Shown: positions 39,001 through 47,808, counted from the first letter of the stretch. The stretch is DNA of 64,000 nt from an uncultured Chloroflexia bacterium (GCA_963748625.1 CAVVJT010000007.1:1056001-1120000), one strand, 5' to 3'. The notes: generated by a model from the sequence alone, not told the origin. Numbers and translations are program-made.

Positions 39001-39776
39001 ACGACGGCCTCGGGCAGGTGCTGCACCTCGCCGGCACGCTCGCGGCGCAGCGCGGCGACTACGCGGCGGCGCGCGGGCGCTACCTCGAGTCGCTGCCGAT
39101 CCGCCACCGGCTCGGGGATCGCTCCGGTGAGGCCGCGCTCTACTCGAACCTGGGCGTGGTTGCCGAGTACTCCGGCGACTACGCGGCGGCCCGCACGTTC
39201 AACGAGCGCGCCCTCGCGGTGCGCACGGAACTGGGTGACCGCTGGGCGATCGGCGTGTCGCAGAACAACCTGGGGATGATTGCGCTCCATGAGCGGAGGT
39301 TTGCCGAGGCGCGCGCGTGCTTCGAGGAGTCCATGCGCCTCAACCGGGAGGTCGGCGACGCCTGGATGGTGGCGATCGGCCACAACAACCTGGGCAACGC
39401 GGCACGCGGTCTGGGCGACCTCGCGGCTGCCCGGGCGAGCTACGCGCAGAGCCTGCGCGCCTACCAGGCCTACGACGACCGGTGGGCCCTGGCCTTCCTC
39501 CTGGAGGACACTGCGATCCTCGGAGCCCGGCTCGGTGCTGCCGAGCGTGCGTTCGAGCTGCTGGGGGCCGCGGAGACGATGCGGACAGGGATCAACTCGC
39601 CTCGGGGCGCGGCCCTGGAAGAGGAGCTGAACGGCCATCTCGCGCAGGCAATGTCTGTGATTGGCACCGAGCGTGCCAATGCTGCGGTGCTGCGCGGCCG
39701 GAGGCTCGACACCGGGGCGGCGGTCAAGGTGGCATTGGAGCTGTGCCTCGACGCACCGGGTACCATCACGTTATAG
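36015..39776 (+). CDS. adenylate/guanylate cyclase with tandem cyclase domains, STAND/AAA ATPase and TPR repeats (sAC-like)
   Basis: LFADISGFT, FAGDAI, GDKG, GDAVNLAARLM; AEAGMGKSRL P-loop; LEDCHWID; GNPFY; NNLG TPRs. Confidence 0.92.
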   Translation: MSDTDLPAAARAAGSQHPEPEVARDRPDAYIARDRRRALHAGRNLPDRVQGAALFADISGFTPLTEALAGELGPQRGAEELVANIGRVFHAVIAELDAYDGNVISFAGDAITCWIDGDDGSRACAAAMGMQEAIARTGTITTPGGTIVQLAMKVAVAVGSARRFVVGDPDIQLIDVLAGRLLDTLAAAEHHAEKGEIVLDQSVVAAIGPRLVLGASREDPDTERTLRVLLDLRGDLRGDVPVVPSDEPDPLPDDVVSQWLLPAVYERMRTGRGEFLAELRPAIPIFLRFSGIDYDGAEDAVAKLDDFVRAAQRVMHGYGGNVLQLTLGDKGAYLYGVFGSPRAHEDDAARAAAAALELRDLDRSTAVRDITVGVAHGRLRSGSYGHAMRRTFVCMGDAVNLAARLMTKAPPGSIYVADTVRQDAGEAFIWQRLEPLRLKGKAEAVQAWSLTGSLEGASRRKTRFELDLVGRLAELEVLDHAHAGALAGRGAVVGIAAEAGMGKSRLVAEFVRNARRGGHMVVFGECQAYGTRTPYFVWREIWRRLFGLEDEPVEAQIATLEGQLAAVSPGLVARAPLLADVVGLPIPDTDLTRSFDAKLRKASLEELLGDVLRARAAEAPFVAVLEDCHWIDELSRDLLHGLIRAASQLPVLFVLAYRPATEPGGGLGVADEPGFTELELDLMDAGSIAVLARAKASQLAGADAVVSDDLVTLVASRAEGNPFYAEELLSYLVARGVDLADPASAATVSVPDSLHSLVLSRIDAAAESPRRTMKVASVVGRVFEAPVLPGAYEELGSLETVVGDLEALRSLDLVSLDRAEEQAWMFKHVVTQEVAYESLPFALRADLHGRVGAYLERREAQDLDRWVPLLEHHYWRSDREDKKRLYLRLAAEAAQASYANQAAIAYYDRLIPLLEDAEQVDAQLKLAKVLELTGAWVRSEEIVGEARATAVGLADTGRVAWCDTALAEAARKQGRYDEAGERLAAARAGFEGVGADDGLGQVLHLAGTLAAQRGDYAAARGRYLESLPIRHRLGDRSGEAALYSNLGVVAEYSGDYAAARTFNERALAVRTELGDRWAIGVSQNNLGMIALHERRFAEARACFEESMRLNREVGDAWMVAIGHNNLGNAARGLGDLAAARASYAQSLRAYQAYDDRWALAFLLEDTAILGARLGAAERAFELLGAAETMRTGINSPRGAALEEELNGHLAQAMSVIGTERANAAVLRGRRLDTGAAVKVALELCLDAPGTITL

Positions 39777-39907
39777 GCCATTCGGCATACTGAAAATGGC
39801 CCAAACGTCACATTACCCGTTGCCGTGACCTCCAAGAACGCGTAGTGTCACGGCCACTCGCGTCCCCGTGCCCTGGACTCGAGCACCTCCGTCACTCGAG
39901 GTTCACG

Positions 39908-42900
39908 ATGCGCTTCCGTCCCGTCCGCTTCGGTCCGACCCATTCCGGCAGCACGCCGAGCCGCGGCAGACCACGGATCGCGAAGCGGGCCGCGTCGCTG
40001 GGCGCTGCCGCGGTCATGGCGGCCACGAGCGTGCTGTCCATCGCGCCGGCGCCGGCGCGCGCGGCCGAGTACATGGTGGTCTCGACCGATGACAGCGGCG
40101 CGGGCACGCTGCGCCAGGCGATCCTCGACGCCAACGCGAGCCCCGGCTCCGATGTCATCTCGTTCGGATTCGAGGGACCCTACCCCCTCGTCATCCAGCC
40201 GGCGACGCCGCTCCCCGCCATCACCGGCAGCGTCACGATCGACGGGTCGATCGGTGGCAATCCCGCGATCCGGCTTGACGGCACCCTCATCGCGGACGTC
40301 GTCGGGAGCCTGAACGAGAACGGCCTGACCCTGAACGGGGGCGCCGGCGGCTCCACGATCACCGGCCTCCAGGTCGTGCGCTTCCCGGACAGCGGCATCA
40401 TGCTCAACGGCGTCTCCGGCGTGACGGTCGAAGGCAACTACCTCGGCACGGACGGCGCGGCCGACCTGGGCAACGGCGGCTACGGGCTCACCCTCTTGGG
40501 CGCCAACGGCAACACCATCCTGGGCAACGTGGCCTCCGGCAACGGCGCCCCGGCGGGCACCGGCGGCTGCTGCTCGGCCGGATTCGGCATCTGGCTGGGC
40601 GACGCGAATGCGGCCAACAACACCATCAAGGGCAACCGCATCGGGACCAACGCCGCCGGCACCGCGGCGATCGGCAACCAGAACTACGGCCTCGAGGTCC
40701 GCTCCCCGGACAACACGATCGGCGGGACCACCGCGGCGGACCGGAACCTCATCTCCGGCAACGGCCGGGGCGTGCACTTCGTCGGCACGACCCTCCAGGG
40801 CAATGTGTTCCAGGGGAACCGCGTGGGCACGAACGCGGCTGGCACGGCCGCGATCGCCAACGGCTCGCAGGCCATCCTTCTCAACGGCACCGACGACGCC
40901 ATCACGATCGGCGGGACCGCCGCTGGAGCCGGCAATCTCATCTCCGGCAACGGGAGCGCGATCATCCTGGGGTCGTCCTCGAACGCGCTGATCCAGGGCA
41001 ACCTGGTCGGCGTCGCCGCCGACGGCACCACGCCGCTCGGCAACGGGGGCGCGGGCGTCACCCTCAATCCCGGCACGAGCGCCACCGTCGGCGGGTCCGC
41101 GGCCGGCGCCGGCAACGTGATCGCCAACAACACCGGGGCGGGAGTCCTGGTCCTCGACCCATCGACCGGCAACAGCATCCTGGGCAACTCGATTCACGAC
41201 AACGGCGCCCTCGGCATCGACCTCGGCAACAGTGGCGTCACGGCGAACGACGCCGGCGACGTGGACACCGGGGCCAACGGGCTCCAGAACTTCCCGGTCA
41301 TCACCTCCACCAGCCCCACCAATGTCGCTGGGACCCTGGACTCCGCGCCGGGCGCCACCTACCGCATCGAGTTGTTCAGCAACACCACATGCGACGCGAG
41401 CGAGCATGGTGAGGGCGCCCAGCTGCTCAAGGTGGCCGTCGGACAGGCCCCAGGGCCGATCGGATTCGACGTCCCGGTGTTCAACGGCACCTTCCTGACT
41501 GCGACGGCCACCAACGAGACCACCGGTGAGACGTCGGAATTCGGCCCCTGCTTCGAGGTCACGGACGCGCTCCCTGCCCCAGGCTCGTGGTCGGCCTTCA
41601 AGAGCGCCACGACCGCCGGCACGTTCATGGCCGCCGGCAACGGTGCCGCCGGTCCGGCGCAGTTCACCTACGACCGCCTCGACCCACTTCCCAATGTGGC
41701 CGACGGCGGCGGGGAGTCCGGCGAGTGGACGTTCTTCACCACCGCGGGCTCGCCAGGGTCCATCACCGTTCCATGGCGCTACACCGGCTTCCACGCCTTC
41801 GCGGGGGTGACCGTCGGCCTGCGTGCCGTCGTGATCCGGGACGGCGACACCGAGGTGTCCAGCGAGGTGCTTGTCGATGCCGGGCCGCAGTCGTGCTGCA
41901 CGACGCCGTCCGCCGGCTTCGACTACACCGGCAGCGCCACGTTCGCGGTCCAGGCCGGCGACGTCTACGGCTTCGAGCTGACCGGCACCAACGGCGACAG
42001 CAACGACACCCTCAAGGGACAGCTCATCCTGGGCACCCAGGTCCCGACGAGCTGCTCCAACGCGCAAACGCTGTACGACACGACGTCCGACGGCCGGTAC
42101 GTCATCCACCCGATCGATGGCCAGCAGTTCTCCGTGTACTGCGACGGCATGAACGACACGCCGCGCGACTACCTGGACCTCAACGTGGAGCGGATCGGCC
42201 AGGGGTACAACTTCGCCTCCTACGACGCGGGCGATTCGCAGGGCACCGACGTCGTCACCAGCTTCACGAAGCTCCGCTTCGACCCGGCGACCCTCCGGGT
42301 GGACATCGGCGACCTCACGTTCGCCACCTCGACCGGCAGCCTGACCCATCCCGACCAGGGCGGCCCACAGACCGTGGCGTCCATGCCGTACGGCGTGGCC
42401 ATGGCCTGCAACAGCGGGGAGTGGGGCGACGGCGCCGCCAACGTGGACCTCTGGGGCACGCCGTTCGCGGTGGACGACGCCTGGGTCCCGCTGGGCACCG
42501 GCTCCGAGTTCTACGGCGGCGCGATCTTCTCGGGTGCGGACCAGACGGTGGACATCACCGCCAACGGCTTCTGCGGCTGGCGGACGCCGGACCCCGCGAC
42601 GTCGTTCTTCGTGTGGGAGACGCCGCCCGGCCAGGCCTACCTGCAGCTGCGCTACCTGAACGCACCCCCGGAGCCCACGCTCGCCACGCCAGTCCTGTTC
42701 GCGTCGGTCACCACGGCGCCGAACACCGCCGACGTGTACGGCCTCGTGGCCGGCGCGGCGAACCAGCACCTCGACCTCGAGATCCACGCCAGCGCGGCCT
42801 GCGTGGGCGGCGTGCTGCAGGATCCCGCACCCGTGATCGGCTCGGCCTCGGTCACGACCGACGCTGAAGGCTACTTCAAGGTGGCCGGCCAGTCCGGCCT

Positions 42901-43507
42901 CCCGTCCGGCAGGTTCGTGGCGGTGCATGTCACGAGCCCTGCCACGACGGATGTCTCCAGCTGCGTCCGCACCAGCGCCGACAACGACTACTGGCCCAAG
43001 GCCCTGGCCCTGGGCAACTCCGCATCGGTGAGCACGCAGGACGTCATCGACGTCCGCGGCAAGGCTCGCTGGTACCGGATCCCGGTCGTGCCCGACCAGC
43101 GCGTCACGGTGCGCCTCAAGAACCTGCCGGCGGACTACGACCTCGCGGTGTTCAAGGACATCGCGAAGGAGTTCGCCGCCCAGCTGGCGCCCGAGGACAC
43201 CACCGACCTGACCAGGCTCTCGGCAGAGTTCGCGCCCTCGGTGTTCAGCCCGAGCGTGTTCAGCCCGAGCGTGTTCAGCCCGAGCGTGTTCAGCCCCGAC
43301 GCCTACGCGCCGTCGGTGTTCAGCCCCTCGGTGTTCAGCCCGAGCGTGTTCAGCCCCTCGGTGTTCAGCCCGAGCGTGTTCAGCCCCTCGGTGTTCAGCC
43401 CGAGCGTGTTCAGCCCCTCGGTGTTCAGCCCGAGCGTGTTCAGCCCCTCGGTGTTCAGCCCCGAGCGTGTTCAGCCCCAGCGTGTTCAGCCCGAGCGTGT
43501 TCAGTGA
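39908..43507 (+). CDS. N-terminal part of giant secreted protein (beta-helix repeats, GON domain, PSVFS repeats)
   Basis: Signal peptide ending APARA; DSGAGTLRQAI..AN; GNRIGTNAAGTAAIGN repeats; frame breaks at ~43460. Confidence 0.85.
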   Translation: MRFRPVRFGPTHSGSTPSRGRPRIAKRAASLGAAAVMAATSVLSIAPAPARAAEYMVVSTDDSGAGTLRQAILDANASPGSDVISFGFEGPYPLVIQPATPLPAITGSVTIDGSIGGNPAIRLDGTLIADVVGSLNENGLTLNGGAGGSTITGLQVVRFPDSGIMLNGVSGVTVEGNYLGTDGAADLGNGGYGLTLLGANGNTILGNVASGNGAPAGTGGCCSAGFGIWLGDANAANNTIKGNRIGTNAAGTAAIGNQNYGLEVRSPDNTIGGTTAADRNLISGNGRGVHFVGTTLQGNVFQGNRVGTNAAGTAAIANGSQAILLNGTDDAITIGGTAAGAGNLISGNGSAIILGSSSNALIQGNLVGVAADGTTPLGNGGAGVTLNPGTSATVGGSAAGAGNVIANNTGAGVLVLDPSTGNSILGNSIHDNGALGIDLGNSGVTANDAGDVDTGANGLQNFPVITSTSPTNVAGTLDSAPGATYRIELFSNTTCDASEHGEGAQLLKVAVGQAPGPIGFDVPVFNGTFLTATATNETTGETSEFGPCFEVTDALPAPGSWSAFKSATTAGTFMAAGNGAAGPAQFTYDRLDPLPNVADGGGESGEWTFFTTAGSPGSITVPWRYTGFHAFAGVTVGLRAVVIRDGDTEVSSEVLVDAGPQSCCTTPSAGFDYTGSATFAVQAGDVYGFELTGTNGDSNDTLKGQLILGTQVPTSCSNAQTLYDTTSDGRYVIHPIDGQQFSVYCDGMNDTPRDYLDLNVERIGQGYNFASYDAGDSQGTDVVTSFTKLRFDPATLRVDIGDLTFATSTGSLTHPDQGGPQTVASMPYGVAMACNSGEWGDGAANVDLWGTPFAVDDAWVPLGTGSEFYGGAIFSGADQTVDITANGFCGWRTPDPATSFFVWETPPGQAYLQLRYLNAPPEPTLATPVLFASVTTAPNTADVYGLVAGAANQHLDLEIHASAACVGGVLQDPAPVIGSASVTTDAEGYFKVAGQSGLPSGRFVAVHVTSPATTDVSSCVRTSADNDYWPKALALGNSASVSTQDVIDVRGKARWYRIPVVPDQRVTVRLKNLPADYDLAVFKDIAKEFAAQLAPEDTTDLTRLSAEFAPSVFSPSVFSPSVFSPSVFSPDAYAPSVFSPSVFSPSVFSPSVFSPSVFSPSVFSPSVFSPSVFSPSVFSPSVFSPERVQPQRVQPERVQ
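43235..43505 (+). repeat. 15-bp repeat x17 (4+13, split by DAYA) encoding PSVFS
   Basis: GTGTTCAG every 15 nt, with one 30-nt gap and one 16-nt step at ~43460. Confidence 0.95.
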
Positions 43508-46500
43508 GGAGGACGTCGCGCGCGCCTTCTCGTCCGCCCAGACACGGAGCCTGATCGGCGTGTCGGCCCAGGCCGGGCCGGGCGACGAGTCGGTCGTCGT
43601 GAACTCGTGGAACAACACGGGCGACGTCTACATCCGGGTCTCCGGCCGCTCCGGCGCCTTCGACCTGGACGGCCTGTTCACGGTCGAGATCGAGAAGTCG
43701 GCCAGCACGTGCGACGGTGTCACCGACACCACGCTCACGCCGCGCGCCGACGCGCCTTCGGCTGGTGTCCAGTCGGTCATCCTCACCGACTCCTCGATCC
43801 TGCAGCTCGGCGACGCGGGCAACCCCGCATCGCTCCGCGCGTCGCTCGACGACTTCATCGCGAGCAGGGAGGTCGCCGGCATCCCCGTGGATGCTCTCGT
43901 GGATGTCGCGGGCGACGTTCGCGTCGGCGAGCTCAAGGCCCAGGTCGCAGCGCATCCGGCCTGCCCGTTCGCCGTCAACCTCCTCGCGGAGGAGATCAAG
44001 GGGATCGTGGACTCGTACCGGGCGAACAACCCCGGCCTGCGCTACGTGACCATCCTCGGCGGCGACACCGTCATCCCGTTCTTCCGCTACCCCGACCAGA
44101 GCCTCCTGGGCCAGGAGTCCGGCTACTTCCCGCCGGTGAAGAGCGACTCGATCTCCGAGGCGAGCCTCCGCAGGGACTACGTCCTCAGCCAGGACGCCTA
44201 CGGCTCCGGCGTGTCGGTCTCGCTCCGGATCAACAGCTTCCCCGTCCCGGGCCTGGCCGTCGGCCGGCTGGTGGAGACCCCGTCCGAGATCGCGGCGCTG
44301 CTGGACGCCTACGTGACGGCCAACGGCACGATCACCCCGGAGACGTCGCTCGTCACGGGTTACGACTTCCTGGAGGACGCCGCCAAGGGCGTCCGCGACG
44401 AGCTCGCCGCCGGCACGGGCACGGCACCCGACGACACCCTCATCACGCCCAACGGCGTCTCACCCAGTGATCCGCAGTCGTGGACCGCGGACCAGTTGCG
44501 GGCCAAGCTGCTGACGGGCGGCCGGCACGACCTCGTGTACCTGGCCGGGCACTTCTCGGCCAACAGCGCGCTGGCGGCCGACTTCAGCACCAGCGTCATC
44601 ACCACCGAGCTTGCAGCGTCGAGCGCGAACCTGGTCAACACGATCGTGTTCAGCGCCGGCTGCCACTCCGGGTACAACCTGCTCGACGCCGAGGCGCTTC
44701 CGGGCGCGTCGCTCCCGCTCGACTGGGCGCAGGCGTTCTCGCAGAAGCGCGCGATCCTGCTCGCCGGGACCGGCTACCAGTACGGGGACACCGACTTCCT
44801 CGAGTACAGCGAGCGGCTCTACCGTGACTTCGCCCGTGAGCTGCGGACCGGCACCATCGGCACCGCGGTCTCCATCGGCGAGGCGCTCCGCAATGCCAAG
44901 CTCACATATCTGTCCACGACCCCCGACATCCGGGGAATCCACGAGAAGGCGCTCCTCGAGGCGACCCTGTTCGGTCTGCCGATGTGGGGCGTGGACATGG
45001 ACGGCCAGCGGACCGGGACCCCGGGAGCCGGCACGGGGATCGCGCCGGCTCCGGTCACGAGCGGTCCCGCCTCGACGCTGGGCCTCGCCACGGCGCCGCT
45101 CCTGATCACCCCGAACCTGGGCCCCCGCAAGACCCTCGACCTCGTGAACGCCCCGTACACCAACCCGGCCGACACCACGACCGCGTCGTGGTACGAGGGC
45201 CCGGGTGGCGCCGTGACCACCAACCCCGCGGAACCGACGCTCCCGCTGCTCGTCCGCAACGTCACCTCGACGACCAGCGGCTATGTCCTGCGGGGGATCG
45301 GCTTCCGGGGCGGCAGCTACACGGACACCTCCGCGGTCACGCCGCTCACGGGTGCCCCCACGACCGAGCTGCGCGGGGTGCACGCACCCTTCGTCTCGCC
45401 CGTCTTCTTCCCGATGCGACCGTGGACGCCGAACTACTTCGGGGCGCTCGGCGGATCGGGTGGCACCAACCTGCTCACGACGCCCGTCCAGTACCGGGCC
45501 GACCCTGCCAACCCGGGCAAGGGCATCGAGCGCAAGTACACGGGCCTGGAGCTGAAGCTGTTCTACAGCAACAACCTCACCACGGCTGCCCTCTCCGAGG
45601 CACCGACCATCGTCAGCGTCGAGGCCGTCCCCGACGGCAGCGATCTCATCTTCTCCGCGGAGGTCGTGGGTGATCCAAAGGCCGCGGTCCACACCGTCTG
45701 GGTGACCTGGACCACCGGGACCGGGACGTGGGCACCGCTCGACCTCGCCCAGTGCGTGGCCCCGCTGCCGGCCGCCTGCGGAACGACGGAAGACTCACGG
45801 ATCTGGCGCGGCCGGCTGCTGAACAGCCCCGCGAACATCCAGTACGTGATCCAGGCCGCGAACGGCCTCGGCATGGTGTCGCTCAGCGACAACCTCGGGG
45901 CGTACTTCGGCCAGGCGGCTGCGGCCCCGTCGGCGGCGACCCTCGAGCTCGTCGATCCGCCCACCTCGGGCACCTTCGGCGAGACGAGGCCTGTCACCGT
46001 GCGGCTGACCTCGGGCACGACCGATGTCGGCGGCCGGACCGTCTTCGTCACCATCGGCGGCACAACCGCCTCGGGCACGACGGACGCGAACGGGCGCACA
46101 ACGGTCAACGTGCCGCTGAGCTCGCTGCCGGGTGCGACCCAGGTGAGCGCCTCGTTCGGCGGTGACGACACGTATGGCGCGGCCTCGGCGCCGGGCCAGC
46201 CGTTCAGCATCGGGAAGGCGGCGAGCAGCCTGGCAGTCACCGCCGGACAGAACCCGGTGGATTACGCCGCCGGCACCACCGTCAGCGCCACCCTCTCGAG
46301 CGGCGGCACGCCGCTGCTCCAGCGGACGGTCGCCTTCCTCGTCACCGCGCCGGGAGGGTCGACGACCCTCGCGTTGCGGACGACCGACTTCACCGGCAAG
46401 GCAACCCTCAACCTGCCTTCGGGGACCGTCGGGTCGTACGGGGTCGAAGCCCGCTTCGGGTCCGTGGTCAACGTCCCCGGCGGCGGCACGGTCGACCTGA

Positions 46501-47435
46501 CCGACGCGACCTACGGAGCGGCGGCGCAGGAGGTGACCGTGACGATGACGGCCGCGACCGTGACGACCGTCACGCTGGTGCGGTCGCCGCAGCCGTACGT
46601 GTACGACAGTTCCCCGTTCGGGGCGACCGCTGGCGTCACCGGCCCGGGACTCGACACGACCCTCAGCCCAACCTATACGGGTACGACCTTCGCCGGCAAC
46701 GTCTACGGCCCGACGGCCACCGCTCCGACCGATGCCGGCAGCTACCGGGCGACCGCAACCTACGCCGCCAGCGGCGGCTACGTCGCCAGCGAGGCCTCCG
46801 TCGACTACGTCGTCGGCAGGGCTGCCTCGACGGTGACGCTGACCCTCAACGGCACCTCGCCGTTCCCGTTCGACGGCCAGCCGCACGGCGCCACAGCCGT
46901 CGCGTCGGGGGTCGGCGGTCTCAACGTGCCCCTGACCGTGACCTACTCGGGCACGGGCTCGACGGTCTATCCATCGACGACCACGGCTCCGACCGCCGCG
47001 GGCTCCTACATCGCACAGGCCACCTACCTGGGCGGATCCAACCACACCGGCAACGCGGCCAGCGCCGCATTCACCATCGTGCCGTGGCCGTTCACCGGGT
47101 TCTTCGCCCCGGTGGACAACCTGCCGACGCTGAACACGGCGACGGCGGGACAGACGATCCCCGTCAAGTTCAGCCTGGGGGGCAACCGGGGCCTGGCGAT
47201 CTTCCAGCCCGGCTACCCCAGGGCCGTGACCGTCGCGTGCCAGGCGAACGCCACGCTCGACGTCATCGAGGAAGTGTCGACGGCCACGACGAGCGGGCTC
47301 CAGTACGACGCCACGACGAACCGCTACCAGTACAACTGGAAGACGGCCAAGACCATGGCGGGCAAGTGCTGGCAGCTCCAGCTCGGCCTGAAGGACGGCA
47401 GCACCGCCGCCCTGGCGAACTTCAAGTTCAAGTAG
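43467..47435 (+). CDS. C-terminal part of giant secreted protein (C25/gingipain-like clan CD peptidase, Ig/MBG-like domains, PxKF domain)
   Basis: YVTILGGD..IPF, AVGRL, VYLAGH, VFSAGCHSG, LFGLP; GFFAPVDN...TIPVKFSL...YQYNWKT. Confidence 0.82.
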   Translation: MFSPSVFSPSVFSEEDVARAFSSAQTRSLIGVSAQAGPGDESVVVNSWNNTGDVYIRVSGRSGAFDLDGLFTVEIEKSASTCDGVTDTTLTPRADAPSAGVQSVILTDSSILQLGDAGNPASLRASLDDFIASREVAGIPVDALVDVAGDVRVGELKAQVAAHPACPFAVNLLAEEIKGIVDSYRANNPGLRYVTILGGDTVIPFFRYPDQSLLGQESGYFPPVKSDSISEASLRRDYVLSQDAYGSGVSVSLRINSFPVPGLAVGRLVETPSEIAALLDAYVTANGTITPETSLVTGYDFLEDAAKGVRDELAAGTGTAPDDTLITPNGVSPSDPQSWTADQLRAKLLTGGRHDLVYLAGHFSANSALAADFSTSVITTELAASSANLVNTIVFSAGCHSGYNLLDAEALPGASLPLDWAQAFSQKRAILLAGTGYQYGDTDFLEYSERLYRDFARELRTGTIGTAVSIGEALRNAKLTYLSTTPDIRGIHEKALLEATLFGLPMWGVDMDGQRTGTPGAGTGIAPAPVTSGPASTLGLATAPLLITPNLGPRKTLDLVNAPYTNPADTTTASWYEGPGGAVTTNPAEPTLPLLVRNVTSTTSGYVLRGIGFRGGSYTDTSAVTPLTGAPTTELRGVHAPFVSPVFFPMRPWTPNYFGALGGSGGTNLLTTPVQYRADPANPGKGIERKYTGLELKLFYSNNLTTAALSEAPTIVSVEAVPDGSDLIFSAEVVGDPKAAVHTVWVTWTTGTGTWAPLDLAQCVAPLPAACGTTEDSRIWRGRLLNSPANIQYVIQAANGLGMVSLSDNLGAYFGQAAAAPSAATLELVDPPTSGTFGETRPVTVRLTSGTTDVGGRTVFVTIGGTTASGTTDANGRTTVNVPLSSLPGATQVSASFGGDDTYGAASAPGQPFSIGKAASSLAVTAGQNPVDYAAGTTVSATLSSGGTPLLQRTVAFLVTAPGGSTTLALRTTDFTGKATLNLPSGTVGSYGVEARFGSVVNVPGGGTVDLTDATYGAAAQEVTVTMTAATVTTVTLVRSPQPYVYDSSPFGATAGVTGPGLDTTLSPTYTGTTFAGNVYGPTATAPTDAGSYRATATYAASGGYVASEASVDYVVGRAASTVTLTLNGTSPFPFDGQPHGATAVASGVGGLNVPLTVTYSGTGSTVYPSTTTAPTAAGSYIAQATYLGGSNHTGNAASAAFTIVPWPFTGFFAPVDNLPTLNTATAGQTIPVKFSLGGNRGLAIFQPGYPRAVTVACQANATLDVIEEVSTATTSGLQYDATTNRYQYNWKTAKTMAGKCWQLQLGLKDGSTAALANFKFK

Positions 47436-47471
47436 ACCCGCCCGGGCGTCCATCCGGCGTCCGGACGCACG

Positions 47472-47499
47472 ACGGCCCCGCCAAACGGCGGGGCCGTTT
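47472..47499 (+). terminator. intrinsic terminator
   Basis: ACGGCCCCGCC-aaac-GGCGGGGCCGT-TT. Confidence 0.8.
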
Positions 47500-47533
47500 C
47501 ATGTCCGGCGTGACCAGTCGCCCGGAATCACGA

Positions 47534-47555
47534 ACGGCGCCCTTGCGGGCGCCGT
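47534..47555 (-). terminator. hairpin with GCAA loop downstream of rpmE
   Basis: ACGGCGCCC-gcaa-GGGCGCCGT on the minus strand. Confidence 0.65.
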
Positions 47556-47595
47556 CTGCGATCGCGTGGCCGGCCGGGGCATGCCCGGCGGCTGG

Positions 47596-47808
47596 TCAGG
47601 CGCGGGCCTGGCGCTCGAGGCGGCGCTGGAAGCGCTCGACCTGGCCGGCGGTGTCGATGATGTTCTGCTTGCCCGTGTAGAACGGATGGCAGTTGCTGCA
47701 GACGTCGATCCGCAGCTCATCGCGGGTTGATCCAACCTCGAACTCCGTGCCGCAGGAACCGCAGTGGACCTTGGCCTGGCTGTAACGAGGGTGTGTTTTC
47801 GGCTTCAC
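47596..47808 (-). CDS. rpmE: 50S ribosomal protein L31 (Zn-ribbon type)
   Basis: MK...HP.Y....V.CGSCG...IDVCSNCHPFYTGKQ.IIDTAGQVERF. Confidence 0.96.
   Translation of the reverse strand: MKPKTHPRYSQAKVHCGSCGTEFEVGSTRDELRIDVCSNCHPFYTGKQNIIDTAGQVERFQRRLERQARA

Noticed and set aside
43235-43505. Repeat array as a CRISPR or iteron array
   Set aside because: 15-bp contiguous units with no unique spacers, in frame within a CDS with synonymous variation; no cas or rep genes
39848-43618. 1256-aa minus-strand ORF and other long antisense ORFs (e.g. 57746-60118, 61068-63533)
   Set aside because: Shadow ORFs of GC-rich coding strands; no motifs, and they overlap well-supported genes
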